DNA from: Streptosporangiaceae bacterium
GTDB lineage: Bacteria > Actinomycetota > Actinomycetes > Streptosporangiales > Streptosporangiaceae
Assembly: GCA_036495425.1 (NCBI GenBank)
Contig: DASXMW010000029.1
Location: 802-64,801 of the forward strand
Direction of reading: 5' to 3'
Length of the DNA: 64,000 bases
The translations under genes were made by a program, and so were the position numbers. Shown one piece after another: positions 8,318 through 16,964 of the stretch; the first letter of the stretch is position 1, and the number at the start of each line of letters is the position of its first letter. The notes beneath the pieces are model-generated. The model ran no database searches, had not been told where the DNA came from, and saw only the letters and a list, made by a program, of their open reading frames with translations.

Positions 8318-9964
8318 GTGGATCGCGGGGACTCCGACGCTGGCCAGCGGCTGCTGCCCGGCCGATGGGCCTTGCCCGGCGGCCTGATCCTGGCCAGCTA
8401 CCTCACCGCCGAGCCCGCGGCCGCCGTCCAGTACCGGCTGATCGTCGACGTCCTGCTGGACGAGCAGGAGCGTTCGCTGGCCGGGGTGTCCCGGCCCGGC
8501 CTGGAGGTCCTGCTCCGGGACCGGCTCGACGCCCAGTTGAATGCCCAGTTGAATGGACCGCTGGAGGCACCGCTGGAGGCACGGCCCGACGGGCCGCTGG
8601 ACCGGCCGGCCGGCCGGTGGCTGGCCGCGCTGCCGCTGGACCGCCGGCTGGACCAGCTCGTGGCCTGGGGTGTGGCCGACCAGTGGCCGGGTCCCGGCGG
8701 GGTTTCGCACTACCAGCTCACCGAGCCCGCGGCCCGGCTGCACCGCGCCGTCCGCGAGCTGGCGCCCGGCCCCGGTGGCCCCGGAGCGGAGCCGGGAGGC
8801 TCGGTGGCGGCCAGCGTCGCGCCCCCGGTGCTGGCCGGTCACCTGGACCGCCTGGCTGCCGCGGTCCCGGGCCGGCCCGGCGACGCGGCCCAGGCCTGGT
8901 CGGTGGTACGGACCACGTTCGGGGCCATGGCCGAGGCCGCCGCGGCCTGGCAGGCCCGGCTGGCCGCCGCCCTGGCCGGCGCGGCCGAACCGGCCCGGGT
9001 GGCCGCCCTGCAGGACACCCTGCGCCGCTACGTGGACGTGTGGGGGACCGGCGTGGACCGGCACTCCGGCCCGATCGCCACCCACACGTCCGGGCTGCTG
9101 GCCGCGGGCCCGGCCGCCTGGCGGCCCGCCGCCCTGCACAGCCTGGGCGCCGCCGCCACCGAAGACCAGCTGTCCGCCCTGCTCGGCGACTACCAGGTCA
9201 CGCTGGCCGGGCTGCTGGCCTGGTTCGGCCCGGGTGACAACCGGGCCCGGCGGCTCCGGCGGCAGATGCGCGATGTGGTGGTGCCGCTGGTGCACGGCCG
9301 GCGGGCCCTGGCCGCCGTCCGGGGTCAGCTGTCCCAGCGGGCCGACCTGCTGGCCCTGGCCGGGGCGCTGGAGCGCGCGGCCACCGACGACGACGCCTGG
9401 TCGCTGTGGTGCACGGCCACCGGGCTGTTCGCCGCCCGCCACCTGCCCCACCCCAGCCCGCAGCCGCCAGGCCCGGCGGGCTCGGTGTCGTTCTGGGCCG
9501 CCGAGCCGGTGCCGCCGTCCCTGCTGGCCGCCGGGCCCGCGGTGACCGGGTCCGCTGCGGCCGGGCCCACCATGGCCGGCCTGGCCGCGGACGCCGCGGA
9601 CCGGGTGGCCCGGATGCCCGACCACTCGGCGGCCCGGGCCGCGGCCCGGGCCGCGGCGTCGGCCCGGCAGGCCGCCGCCGACCAGACCCGGCAGGCCATC
9701 CAGGCCCGGTCCGGGCTCCAGCTGTCCGGCTGGACCGGCCTGGACGCGGGCCAGCTTGACGTGCTGCTGTCGCTCCTGGCCGCGCTGGCCGGAGCCCGTC
9801 CCGGCCAGGACGGCAGCCGGACCGTGCGCACTCCGGACGGCCGCTGGACGGTCCGGGCCGAGCCCGCCCCGGACGGCGCGCCGCCCGCGGTCATCGGCAC
9901 CCCGGCCGGCCGGCTGGTCCACCCCGACCTGCGCCTGACCATCAACGCCGGAGCGGACCGGTGA
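8318..9964 (+). CDS. jetA: Wadjet type II JetA-like / EptA-like protein (TIGR02677, DUF2397-like)
   Basis: N-terminus ASYLTAEPAAAVQYRLIVDVLLDEQ resembles the family N-terminus; first gene of a three-gene coupled operon ending in the TIGR02680-like ATPase; GTGA overlap with next gene. Confidence 0.6.
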   Translation: MDRGDSDAGQRLLPGRWALPGGLILASYLTAEPAAAVQYRLIVDVLLDEQERSLAGVSRPGLEVLLRDRLDAQLNAQLNGPLEAPLEARPDGPLDRPAGRWLAALPLDRRLDQLVAWGVADQWPGPGGVSHYQLTEPAARLHRAVRELAPGPGGPGAEPGGSVAASVAPPVLAGHLDRLAAAVPGRPGDAAQAWSVVRTTFGAMAEAAAAWQARLAAALAGAAEPARVAALQDTLRRYVDVWGTGVDRHSGPIATHTSGLLAAGPAAWRPAALHSLGAAATEDQLSALLGDYQVTLAGLLAWFGPGDNRARRLRRQMRDVVVPLVHGRRALAAVRGQLSQRADLLALAGALERAATDDDAWSLWCTATGLFAARHLPHPSPQPPGPAGSVSFWAAEPVPPSLLAAGPAVTGSAAAGPTMAGLAADAADRVARMPDHSAARAAARAAASARQAAADQTRQAIQARSGLQLSGWTGLDAGQLDVLLSLLAALAGARPGQDGSRTVRTPDGRWTVRAEPAPDGAPPAVIGTPAGRLVHPDLRLTINAGADR

Positions 9965-11220
9965 CCACCCCCAGCGCGCCCGATCACGCCTCCAACGGGC
10001 CCGGCCAGACCCCCAGCGGGCCCGGTCAGACTCCCAGCGGGCCCGGCCACACCCCCACTCCCGCCTTTCCCACTGGTCCCATGGATCACATCAGCCCCGA
10101 CCGTGACGGGCAGCGGGCCTTCACCGGCCTGCTGGCCCGGCCGCTGGTCACCGCGGCGAGCGACCCCGCCCTGTACCGGGCCGTGACCCGGCACGCGGCC
10201 GCGGTCAGCCAGGCCGCCCGCACCCTCGGCTACCGGCTGGCCGCCACCGGCCAGGCCTTCCGGCTGGTCCGGGTACCGGTGGCGGGCACGGTCACCGCCC
10301 CGCCCCCGCCACCGGACCGTCCCGGCCGCCGGGTGCTGGCCCTGGCCTGCGTGCTGGCCGCGGCCTGCGACCAGCTCACCGGCCCGGTCACCCTGGCCGG
10401 GCTGGCCCGGGCGGTCCAGGAGCTGACCAGCGGCCCGGCCGCCACGGTGGCACCGTTCGACCCGGGCCTGCTGGCCCACGAGCGCCAGCTGGCCGAGGCG
10501 GCCGGGCTGCTGGCCCACTGGGGCGTGCTGCGCCCCCGCCCGCCGGCCGCCGGGCCCGGGCCGGCCGCGCCCGCCGAGTACGACATCGACCAGGCCGCGC
10601 TGGAGCTGCTGACCAGCCCGGACGTGCTGTCCCCGGCCCTGGCCCCAGCGGCCGCGGCGGGCGGCCCGGACCCGGCCGCCGACGACCTGCCGGGAGCCTC
10701 CCGGCCGGTGCGGGCGCTGCGCGCGCTGGTCGAGACCCCGGCCGTCATGTACGCCGAGCTGGCCGGGGACGACGCCGCCGCGCTGCGGGCCACCCGCGGC
10801 CTGCGCTCCAGCGAGGCCGCCCGCCTGACCGGAGGGCATGTGGAAGCCCGCGCCGAGGGACTCACCGTGATCATTGACGACGAACCGCCCAGCCCGGTGA
10901 CCAGCGACTGGCCCGGCGGCAGCAGCCCGGGCCAGGTCTCGCTGCTGCTGGCCGACGCGGCCGGGCGGGCCGGGGAACGCCAGCCCGACGGCACCGTCAC
11001 CCTCACCAGCGACCAGGCCGACGAGCAGGCCAGCGCGGTGCAGGCCGCCCACCAGCCTGAGCTGGCCGGGCCGTTGCGGGACGACCCGGCCGCGGTCCGG
11101 GCCGCGGCCGAGCAGCAGCTGGCCGCGCTGGGCCTGCTCCGGATACGCCCAGACGGCGGCTGGGTGCTCTCCCCGGCCGCGGGCCGCTACCGGATCGCGG
11201 GCACGGGCGGTCAGTCGTGA
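9961..11220 (+). CDS. jetB: Wadjet type II JetB-like / EptB-like protein (TIGR02678, DUF2398-like)
   Basis: FTGLLARPLVTAASDPALYRAVTRHAAAVSQAARTLGYRL... pattern; GTGA overlaps with both neighbours. Confidence 0.55.
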   Translation: MTTPSAPDHASNGPGQTPSGPGQTPSGPGHTPTPAFPTGPMDHISPDRDGQRAFTGLLARPLVTAASDPALYRAVTRHAAAVSQAARTLGYRLAATGQAFRLVRVPVAGTVTAPPPPPDRPGRRVLALACVLAAACDQLTGPVTLAGLARAVQELTSGPAATVAPFDPGLLAHERQLAEAAGLLAHWGVLRPRPPAAGPGPAAPAEYDIDQAALELLTSPDVLSPALAPAAAAGGPDPAADDLPGASRPVRALRALVETPAVMYAELAGDDAAALRATRGLRSSEAARLTGGHVEARAEGLTVIIDDEPPSPVTSDWPGGSSPGQVSLLLADAAGRAGERQPDGTVTLTSDQADEQASAVQAAHQPELAGPLRDDPAAVRAAAEQQLAALGLLRIRPDGGWVLSPAAGRYRIAGTGGQS

Positions 11221-14200
11221 CCGCGCCGTCGCCGGAGGGCCAGGACCTGCCGCCGGCGGCCCAGGACCTGACGACCTGGCCGGACTCGGTACGGGACGGC
11301 GGCCTGCCCGAGCCATCCCGGTCCGGCCGCTGGCAGCTGCTGCGGGCCGGCGTGGTCAACCTGTGGGAGTTCGACGTCGCCGAGTACTGGCTGGCCGGCG
11401 GCCGGGCCCAGTTCGTGGGGCAGAACCAGTCCGGCAAGTCCACCCTGATGGCCCTCACCTCGCTGATCCTGCTGGCCGGGGATCTGGACCGCGAGCTGGT
11501 GGACACCTTCGGCCAGCAGCACAGGACCTTCCGCTACTACGTGGAGCCCACCGGCGACCCCCAGGACCGCCGGGACAGCGGCCCGGCCACCGCCCGCGGC
11601 TGGGCCTGGCTGGAGTTCGCCAGGCACGGGGACGGCGGCCCCCGCTACTTCACCTGCCTGCTGTACGCGCAGGCCCGGCGGGGCGTGGCCGGCCTGGACA
11701 CCACCTGGGCGGTGTGCGACGGGACGGCCCGGGTGCGGGCCGGCCTGGACCTGCACCAGGCCGCCGCGGTCCGCCCGCCCGCCGCCCTGGCCTCGGTGCC
11801 CGGCTTCCGGGCCACCCCGGACGGGGACACCTACCGGGCCTGGGTGGCCGGTGAGCTGTTCGGGTTCACCGGGCCGGACCGGCTGGAGGCGGTGGTCCGC
11901 ATGCTCTCGGTGCTGCGCACCCCGCACCTGGGCCAGCGGCTGGACCCCGGCTTCTTCACGGCCCAGCTGCGGACCGCGCTGCCCGCGGTCGCGCCCGGCC
12001 AGATCGCCGGGCTGGCCGAGGGCTGGGACGCCCTGGACGCGCTGGCCCGGGACCGCGACCAGGCCCGGACCGCCCGCGACGCCGTGGCCGCCTACCTCTC
12101 CGGGGCCTGGGCCCCGTGGGCCGACGCAACCCTGCGCTGGCGGGCCGATGACCTGCTGGCCAGCGTGACCCGGCTCGACGAGGCGGTCGGCGCCGCGGCC
12201 GGGGCCGCGGCCGCCCTGGCCGCGGCCCGGGACCGGGTGGCGGGTACGGCCAGGCCGCTGCAGACCGCCCGGGACACCCGGGACCGGGTCGAGCAGGGCT
12301 ACGAGGACCTGCTCACCTCCCCGGCCTACGCCGGCACCGGGGGCACCGCGGCCCGGGTCGAGCAGCTCCAGCAGGCCGCGGCCCGGTCCCGCCAGGCCGC
12401 GGCGGCCGCCACCGGCGAGGCCAGCCAGGCCCAGGCCGTCCTGGACCGCCGGTCCGCCGAGCAGAAGACGGCCAGCGAGGCCACCGCCCGCGCCGCGGAC
12501 CAGGTGGCGGCGGCGGTGTGCGCGGTCGCGGCGGCCGCGGAGCCGGCCGGGCTGCCCGCCGCCACCGCCGGCTGGGCCGCCCGCGGTGACCTCGGGCGGC
12601 TGGACGCCGCCCTGCGCGAGCAGGGCGAGCAGGTGGCGGCGGCCCGGCCGCTGCTGGCCGCGGCGGCGCTGGCCCGGCAGCAGGAGGAGACCGCCGCCCG
12701 CTGGGCCGTGCAGGCCTCGGCCGAGCGCGCCCGCTGGGTGACCCGGGCCGGTCAGGCCGCCGACGCGGTGGAAGCGGCCCTGCAGGGACTGTCCGACGAG
12801 CTGGAGGGCTGGGCGGCCAAGCTGGGCGAGGAGGCTCCGGCGCCGGCCCGGCGGGTGGGCTGGATCGCCTCAGCCGTCGAGCAGTCGGCCCAGGCCGAGC
12901 CGCGCCCGGTGCTGGCCGGGCTGCTGCGGGATTCCTGGCTGACCAAGCTGACCACCTCCCTGCGCGAGCGCGCGGCCGTGCTCGAGCACGAGGCCGAGCA
13001 CCGGCAGCGGGAGGCCCACGAGCGGGACGAGCAGGCCGCCCGGCAGCTGCTGGAGTCCGAGCCGCAGCCGGCCCCGGCCAGCCGCTGGGTCCGACGGGAA
13101 CGGCCCGCGGCCGGGCCGGACGGCACCCCGCTGTGGCGGCTGCTGGAACCGCGCGGCAGCCTGTCACCCGAGGTGCTGGCCCACATCGAGGCGGCCCTGG
13201 ACGCCGCCGGGCTGCTCGAGGCCTGGGTCACCCCGGACGGGGCCTGGCTGCCCGGCCGGGACGGCCGCGACGCGGTGCTCACCGCCGCGACCGGCTGGCC
13301 CGACACCACCGCGTCGTTCAGCACGCTGGCCTCGGTGCTGCAGCCCGCCCCCGACGCCGGGCCGCTGGCCAGCCGGGTCGGGGCGCTGCTGCATGTCATC
13401 GGCTATCTGGCCGAGGAGAACCGGGCGCCGCTCAGCTACGACTACGGGGTCACCGCCGACGGGCGCTGGCACACCCCGTACACCGCCGGGCAGGCCGGGC
13501 CGCCCGAGCACGGCGCCGAGCTGATCGGCGTGGCCACCCGCCGCGCCGCCCGCGACCGCCGCGCCCAGGATCTGCGCGACCAGGCCTCGGTCCTGCGCGA
13601 CGAGGCGGCCGGCCTGCGCAAGACCGCGGCCGGGCTGCGCGAGCGGCTGGCCGAGCTGGAGACGGCCGCGGCCCGGGCCCCGGGCGACGCCGGCCTGGTC
13701 GGGGCGGTGCTGGCCCGGCAGGCCGCGGACGACGGGCTGCGCCGGGCCGAGGCCGTCCGCGACCGGGCCGAGGAGGACCTGGCCCGGGCCCGGGCCAGCG
13801 CCCAGGACGCGCACACCGCGCTGGGCCGGGGCGTGCTGGCCGGCCCGCAGGCCGCGGCCGGTCCCGGTAGCCCGGCCACCGACCTGGACGAGCGGGCCGG
13901 GGCCCTGCGGACGGCCGAGGCCGCGACGGCCGGGCTGGCGCTGGCCCGGGCGGGACAGCACGCGGCTCAGCGGGCCGAGGACCAGGCCCGCGTCCTGTAC
14001 ACCGAGACCGCCGAGCTGGCCGCGGCCGCGGCCGAGCGGGCCAGCCGGGCCCTCCGGCACGCCGACCAGGACCAGGACGTGGCCGACAACGCCGAGGAGG
14101 CCCTGGACGAGTCCGGCCGCGACCTGCGCCAGGCCGCCCGGGAACAGCGGCGGCGCCGGGATGAGCTGGCCGCCGCCGTGGACGCGCTGCAGGCCGAGCA

Positions 14201-15536
14201 CGGCCGCGGGCTGGCCGCCGCGGCCGCCGCCGAGGTCCGGCTGGACACCGCCGAGCAGCGGCGCGAGCAGGCCGAGCAGGCTCGCGACGACGCGCTGGCC
14301 GCCTGGTGGATCCCGGTCGACGCGGGCCTGGCCGCGGCCCGGGAACTGCCGGTGGCGGCCGGCCGCACGCTGGCCCAGGCCGAGGCCCAGGCCGTGGCGG
14401 CCCGGTCACTGATCGCGCCGCCCGGCTGGCCGGAGCCGGGCCAGGCCGACTCCGCCGCCCGCGCCGCCCTGGCCGCCCGGGCCTGGGCCGTGGTGGTGGG
14501 GCGCCCGCTGGCCGAGCTGCGCACGGTGCTGGAGAGTTCCGGCGGCCGCGGGGTCGTGCTGCGGGACCCGGCCGAACCGGGTCAGCTGCCCGAGGTCGCG
14601 ATCCTGGTCGACGGGGCCGGCCTGGCCAGCGCGCCGGCCCGGGCCGTGGCCCAGCTCGACCAGCAGGTCACCACGCTGACCGAGCGGCACGACCAGATCA
14701 TGCACCAGGTCCTGGCCGACCTGCTGTCGAGCACGTTCGTCGAGCACCTGCAGGACCGCCAGGGCGCCGTCACCGAGCTGATCAGCGGGGTCAACCGGGT
14801 GCTGGCCCAGCACCCGACCGGGGCCAGCGCCACCACGCTGCGGCTGCGCCGCCAGGCCGCGCCCGGTCACGAGACCGCGTTCGCGGTGCTGACCGCGTTG
14901 GAGCCGGGGGCCTCCGCGGCCGGGGACCGGGATCGGCCCGAGTCCCCGCGGGACCAGGTGCGCACGTTCCTGGAGCAGCAGATCCGGGCCGCCCAGGACC
15001 AGGCCCGGTCCGGCCCGGCCGACTGGCGGGAGCACCTGTCGGTGCTGCTGGACTACCGGCGCTGGTTCGACGTGGTCACCGACTACCGGGTGGGGGAGGG
15101 GACCTGGCGCCCGTTCACCGAGGAGGTGCACGCCAAGGACTCCGGCGGCGGCAAGGCCGTGACCCTGCTCCAGCCGATGCTGGCCGCGCTGGCCGCGCTG
15201 TACGCCGAGTCCGGCTCGGCGCCGCGCCCGCTGTGGCTGGACGAGGCGTTCACCGGTGTCGATGACACCAACCGGGCCACCATGCTGGGACTGCTGGTCA
15301 CCTTCGACCTGGACTTCGTGCTGGCCGGCCCGGCCACCCTGGTCACCACGGCCCAGGTGCCGTCGGCCGCGATCTGGTTCGTCAGCCGGGCCCCCGCCCC
15401 CGATCCCGGGGTCGACCTGTCGCTGATGCTCTGGGCCGGCGGCCAGCCCGTCTCCGCCGAGGCGCCCGAGGCGCCCGGGACCGAGCCGCCGGTGCCCGAG
15501 CCGCCGGCGGCGCCGCTGCCGCGGATGATGCCCTAA
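11217..15536 (+). CDS. jetC: Wadjet type II JetC-like / EptC-like SMC-family ATPase (TIGR02680-like), 1439 aa
   Basis: N-terminal Walker A GQNQSGKST, very long Ala/Arg/Glu-rich coiled-coil centre, C-terminal DSGGGKA signature-like motif and Walker B PLWLDEAF...D. Confidence 0.8.
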   Translation: MTAPSPEGQDLPPAAQDLTTWPDSVRDGGLPEPSRSGRWQLLRAGVVNLWEFDVAEYWLAGGRAQFVGQNQSGKSTLMALTSLILLAGDLDRELVDTFGQQHRTFRYYVEPTGDPQDRRDSGPATARGWAWLEFARHGDGGPRYFTCLLYAQARRGVAGLDTTWAVCDGTARVRAGLDLHQAAAVRPPAALASVPGFRATPDGDTYRAWVAGELFGFTGPDRLEAVVRMLSVLRTPHLGQRLDPGFFTAQLRTALPAVAPGQIAGLAEGWDALDALARDRDQARTARDAVAAYLSGAWAPWADATLRWRADDLLASVTRLDEAVGAAAGAAAALAAARDRVAGTARPLQTARDTRDRVEQGYEDLLTSPAYAGTGGTAARVEQLQQAAARSRQAAAAATGEASQAQAVLDRRSAEQKTASEATARAADQVAAAVCAVAAAAEPAGLPAATAGWAARGDLGRLDAALREQGEQVAAARPLLAAAALARQQEETAARWAVQASAERARWVTRAGQAADAVEAALQGLSDELEGWAAKLGEEAPAPARRVGWIASAVEQSAQAEPRPVLAGLLRDSWLTKLTTSLRERAAVLEHEAEHRQREAHERDEQAARQLLESEPQPAPASRWVRRERPAAGPDGTPLWRLLEPRGSLSPEVLAHIEAALDAAGLLEAWVTPDGAWLPGRDGRDAVLTAATGWPDTTASFSTLASVLQPAPDAGPLASRVGALLHVIGYLAEENRAPLSYDYGVTADGRWHTPYTAGQAGPPEHGAELIGVATRRAARDRRAQDLRDQASVLRDEAAGLRKTAAGLRERLAELETAAARAPGDAGLVGAVLARQAADDGLRRAEAVRDRAEEDLARARASAQDAHTALGRGVLAGPQAAAGPGSPATDLDERAGALRTAEAATAGLALARAGQHAAQRAEDQARVLYTETAELAAAAAERASRALRHADQDQDVADNAEEALDESGRDLRQAAREQRRRRDELAAAVDALQAEHGRGLAAAAAAEVRLDTAEQRREQAEQARDDALAAWWIPVDAGLAAARELPVAAGRTLAQAEAQAVAARSLIAPPGWPEPGQADSAARAALAARAWAVVVGRPLAELRTVLESSGGRGVVLRDPAEPGQLPEVAILVDGAGLASAPARAVAQLDQQVTTLTERHDQIMHQVLADLLSSTFVEHLQDRQGAVTELISGVNRVLAQHPTGASATTLRLRRQAAPGHETAFAVLTALEPGASAAGDRDRPESPRDQVRTFLEQQIRAAQDQARSGPADWREHLSVLLDYRRWFDVVTDYRVGEGTWRPFTEEVHAKDSGGGKAVTLLQPMLAALAALYAESGSAPRPLWLDEAFTGVDDTNRATMLGLLVTFDLDFVLAGPATLVTTAQVPSAAIWFVSRAPAPDPGVDLSLMLWAGGQPVSAEAPEAPGTEPPVPEPPAAPLPRMMP

Positions 15537-15855
15537 GGCCTGTTTCATAAGTTGTGGGCAAGCCATTCGTTGATGGCGGCGATGTGGACGATGGCCTGGT
15601 AGCGGACGGCTAGCTTGTCGTATCGGGTGGCGAGGGCCCGGTGGCGTTTGAGCCGGTTGATGCTGCGCTCGCCGTGTGCCGCCGCTTATAGATTGCGCGG
15701 TCGAAGGCTGGTGGCCGGCCGCCCGCGTGGCCGCGGTTCTTCCGGTACTGGATGCGGTCGGCTTGCTCGGGGATCGTGCAGGCGATGCGGCGTTTGCGCA
15801 GTTAGGCGCGGTTGGCGCGGGAGCCGTAGGCCTTGTCGCCCCAGGATCCAGCCGG
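15537..15855 (-). mobile_element. IS5-family transposase remnant (C-terminal part only, with in-frame stop and a frameshift)
   Basis: Minus-strand translation: GDKAYGSRANRA*LRKRRIACTIPEQADRIQYRKNRGHAGGRPPAFDRAIYKRRHTA, frame change, then ERSINRLKRHRALATRYDKLAVRYQAIVHIAAINEWLAHNL*; classic IS5 DDE C-terminus. Confidence 0.75.
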
Positions 15856-16052
15856 GAAGGGTGGTGGTCATAAGGGGTTCCCCTTCCGGGTGGCCGCGGG
15901 ACATTTCACCCCTCATCACGATCGCGAACGGCGGCTGGCGGCACCAGGGTGAGACCCTGGTTCCTCCCGGGCCAGCGTCCCGCTGGATGCGGCGGTGCAC
16001 CCCGCAGCGGCATGCTGAACCCGGACCGGAACGGGCAGCAGGGAGTGAGCTG

Positions 16053-16274
16053 ATGGACGGTGCCCCTGTGACCTTGACGGTGGTGTCCAGCCGTGCCGAG
16101 GCGGATCTGGTTGTGGCCCTGCTCCGCAGCGGCGGCCTGCGCGCCGCGATCTCGGCCGACGACGCCGATGGCCAGGACCCCCAGCTGCGGCTGGAAGGGG
16201 TCCGCATCCTGGTCGCCTCCGAAGAGGAGGCCGCCGCCCGCCAGCTCTTGGCCGACGCCGAGGCCGTCGGGTGA
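16053..16274 (+). CDS. DUF2007-like small protein (putative signal-transducing beta-alpha-beta fold)
   Basis: 73 aa, ATG 16053 preceded by GGGAG; VTLTVVSSRAEADLVVALLRSGGLRAAI...VRILVASEEEAAARQLL. Confidence 0.5.
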   Translation: MDGAPVTLTVVSSRAEADLVVALLRSGGLRAAISADDADGQDPQLRLEGVRILVASEEEAAARQLLADAEAVG

Positions 16275-16352
16275 ACTCATCCTCGCCTTTCGGGTGAGAA
16301 GAGGTGAGGATGTCGAACGCAGGGAGGCGCCGGCGATGGACGGACGGGACAC

Positions 16353-16964
16353 GTGCTGAGCGGGCAGGTCCGCCCGGAGGAAATCCCCAGCGCGGAAAGC
16401 GACGCCGACCTCATCGAACTGTCGCTGCGGGAGCCAGCCCGGTTCGGGGTCATCTACGACCGGCACGCCGCCGAGATTCTGCGGTACGCACATGCACGGC
16501 TGGGCCCGTCGTCGGCCGAGGAGGTGATGGCCGAGACGTTTCTGGCCGCGTTCCGCCGTCGGGACAAGTACGACTGCAGCCGTAGCGATGCCCGGCCCTG
16601 GCTGTACGGCATCGCGACGCGCCAGATCAGCAAGCACCGGCGGACGGAGGGCCGCCACCAGCGCGCCCTGGCCCGGCTGCATGCCGAGGCCGCGAGCGAG
16701 GATTTCGCCGACCGGTCGGACGACCGGGTGACGGCTCAGGGCCTGCGCCCCCGCATCGCCACGGTACTGGCCGGGATGTCGCAGCGGGATCGCGACCTGC
16801 TGCTGCTCATCGCCTGGGCCGGGCTCAGCTATGACGAGACCGCCCGGGCGCTCGGCATTCCGATCGGCACCGTCCGATCACGGCTGAACCACATCCGGAC
16901 CCACACCCGCGAGGCTCTCGGCGGCGCCAACCCGGCCCGGGCCACCGAGGGCCACCAGCCATGA
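16353..16964 (+). CDS. ECF-type RNA polymerase sigma-70 family factor
   Basis: Region 2 (FGVIYDRHAAEILRYAHARLG...AEEVMAETFLAAF...ARPWLYGIATRQI) and region 4 (MSQRDRDLLLLIAWAGLSYDETARALGIPIGTVRSRL). Confidence 0.85.
   Translation: MLSGQVRPEEIPSAESDADLIELSLREPARFGVIYDRHAAEILRYAHARLGPSSAEEVMAETFLAAFRRRDKYDCSRSDARPWLYGIATRQISKHRRTEGRHQRALARLHAEAASEDFADRSDDRVTAQGLRPRIATVLAGMSQRDRDLLLLIAWAGLSYDETARALGIPIGTVRSRLNHIRTHTREALGGANPARATEGHQP

Noticed and set aside
8066-11316. Very long minus-strand ORFs (8066..9922, 618 aa; 9325..11316, 663 aa), plus further ones at 12313..13167, 13164..14201, 13450..14409 and 14406..15566, antisense to the jet operon
   Set aside because: Their composition is extremely Arg/Pro/Gly-rich with no recognisable motifs, and they lie antisense to ORFs with clear motifs and translational coupling. 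These are typical shadow ORFs of high-GC DNA. Only the last ~63 codons of 8066..9922, which lie outside jetA, look genuine; they are reported as the MDMPI-like remnant.
15856-16052. Residual jetD (Toprim/DUF2399) coding sequence downstream of the IS scar
   Set aside because: None of the six frames shows Toprim-like acidic motifs or any extended ORF. There is only a 7-bp hairpin (ACCAGGG-TGAGA-CCCTGGT) and the RBS of the DUF2007 gene.
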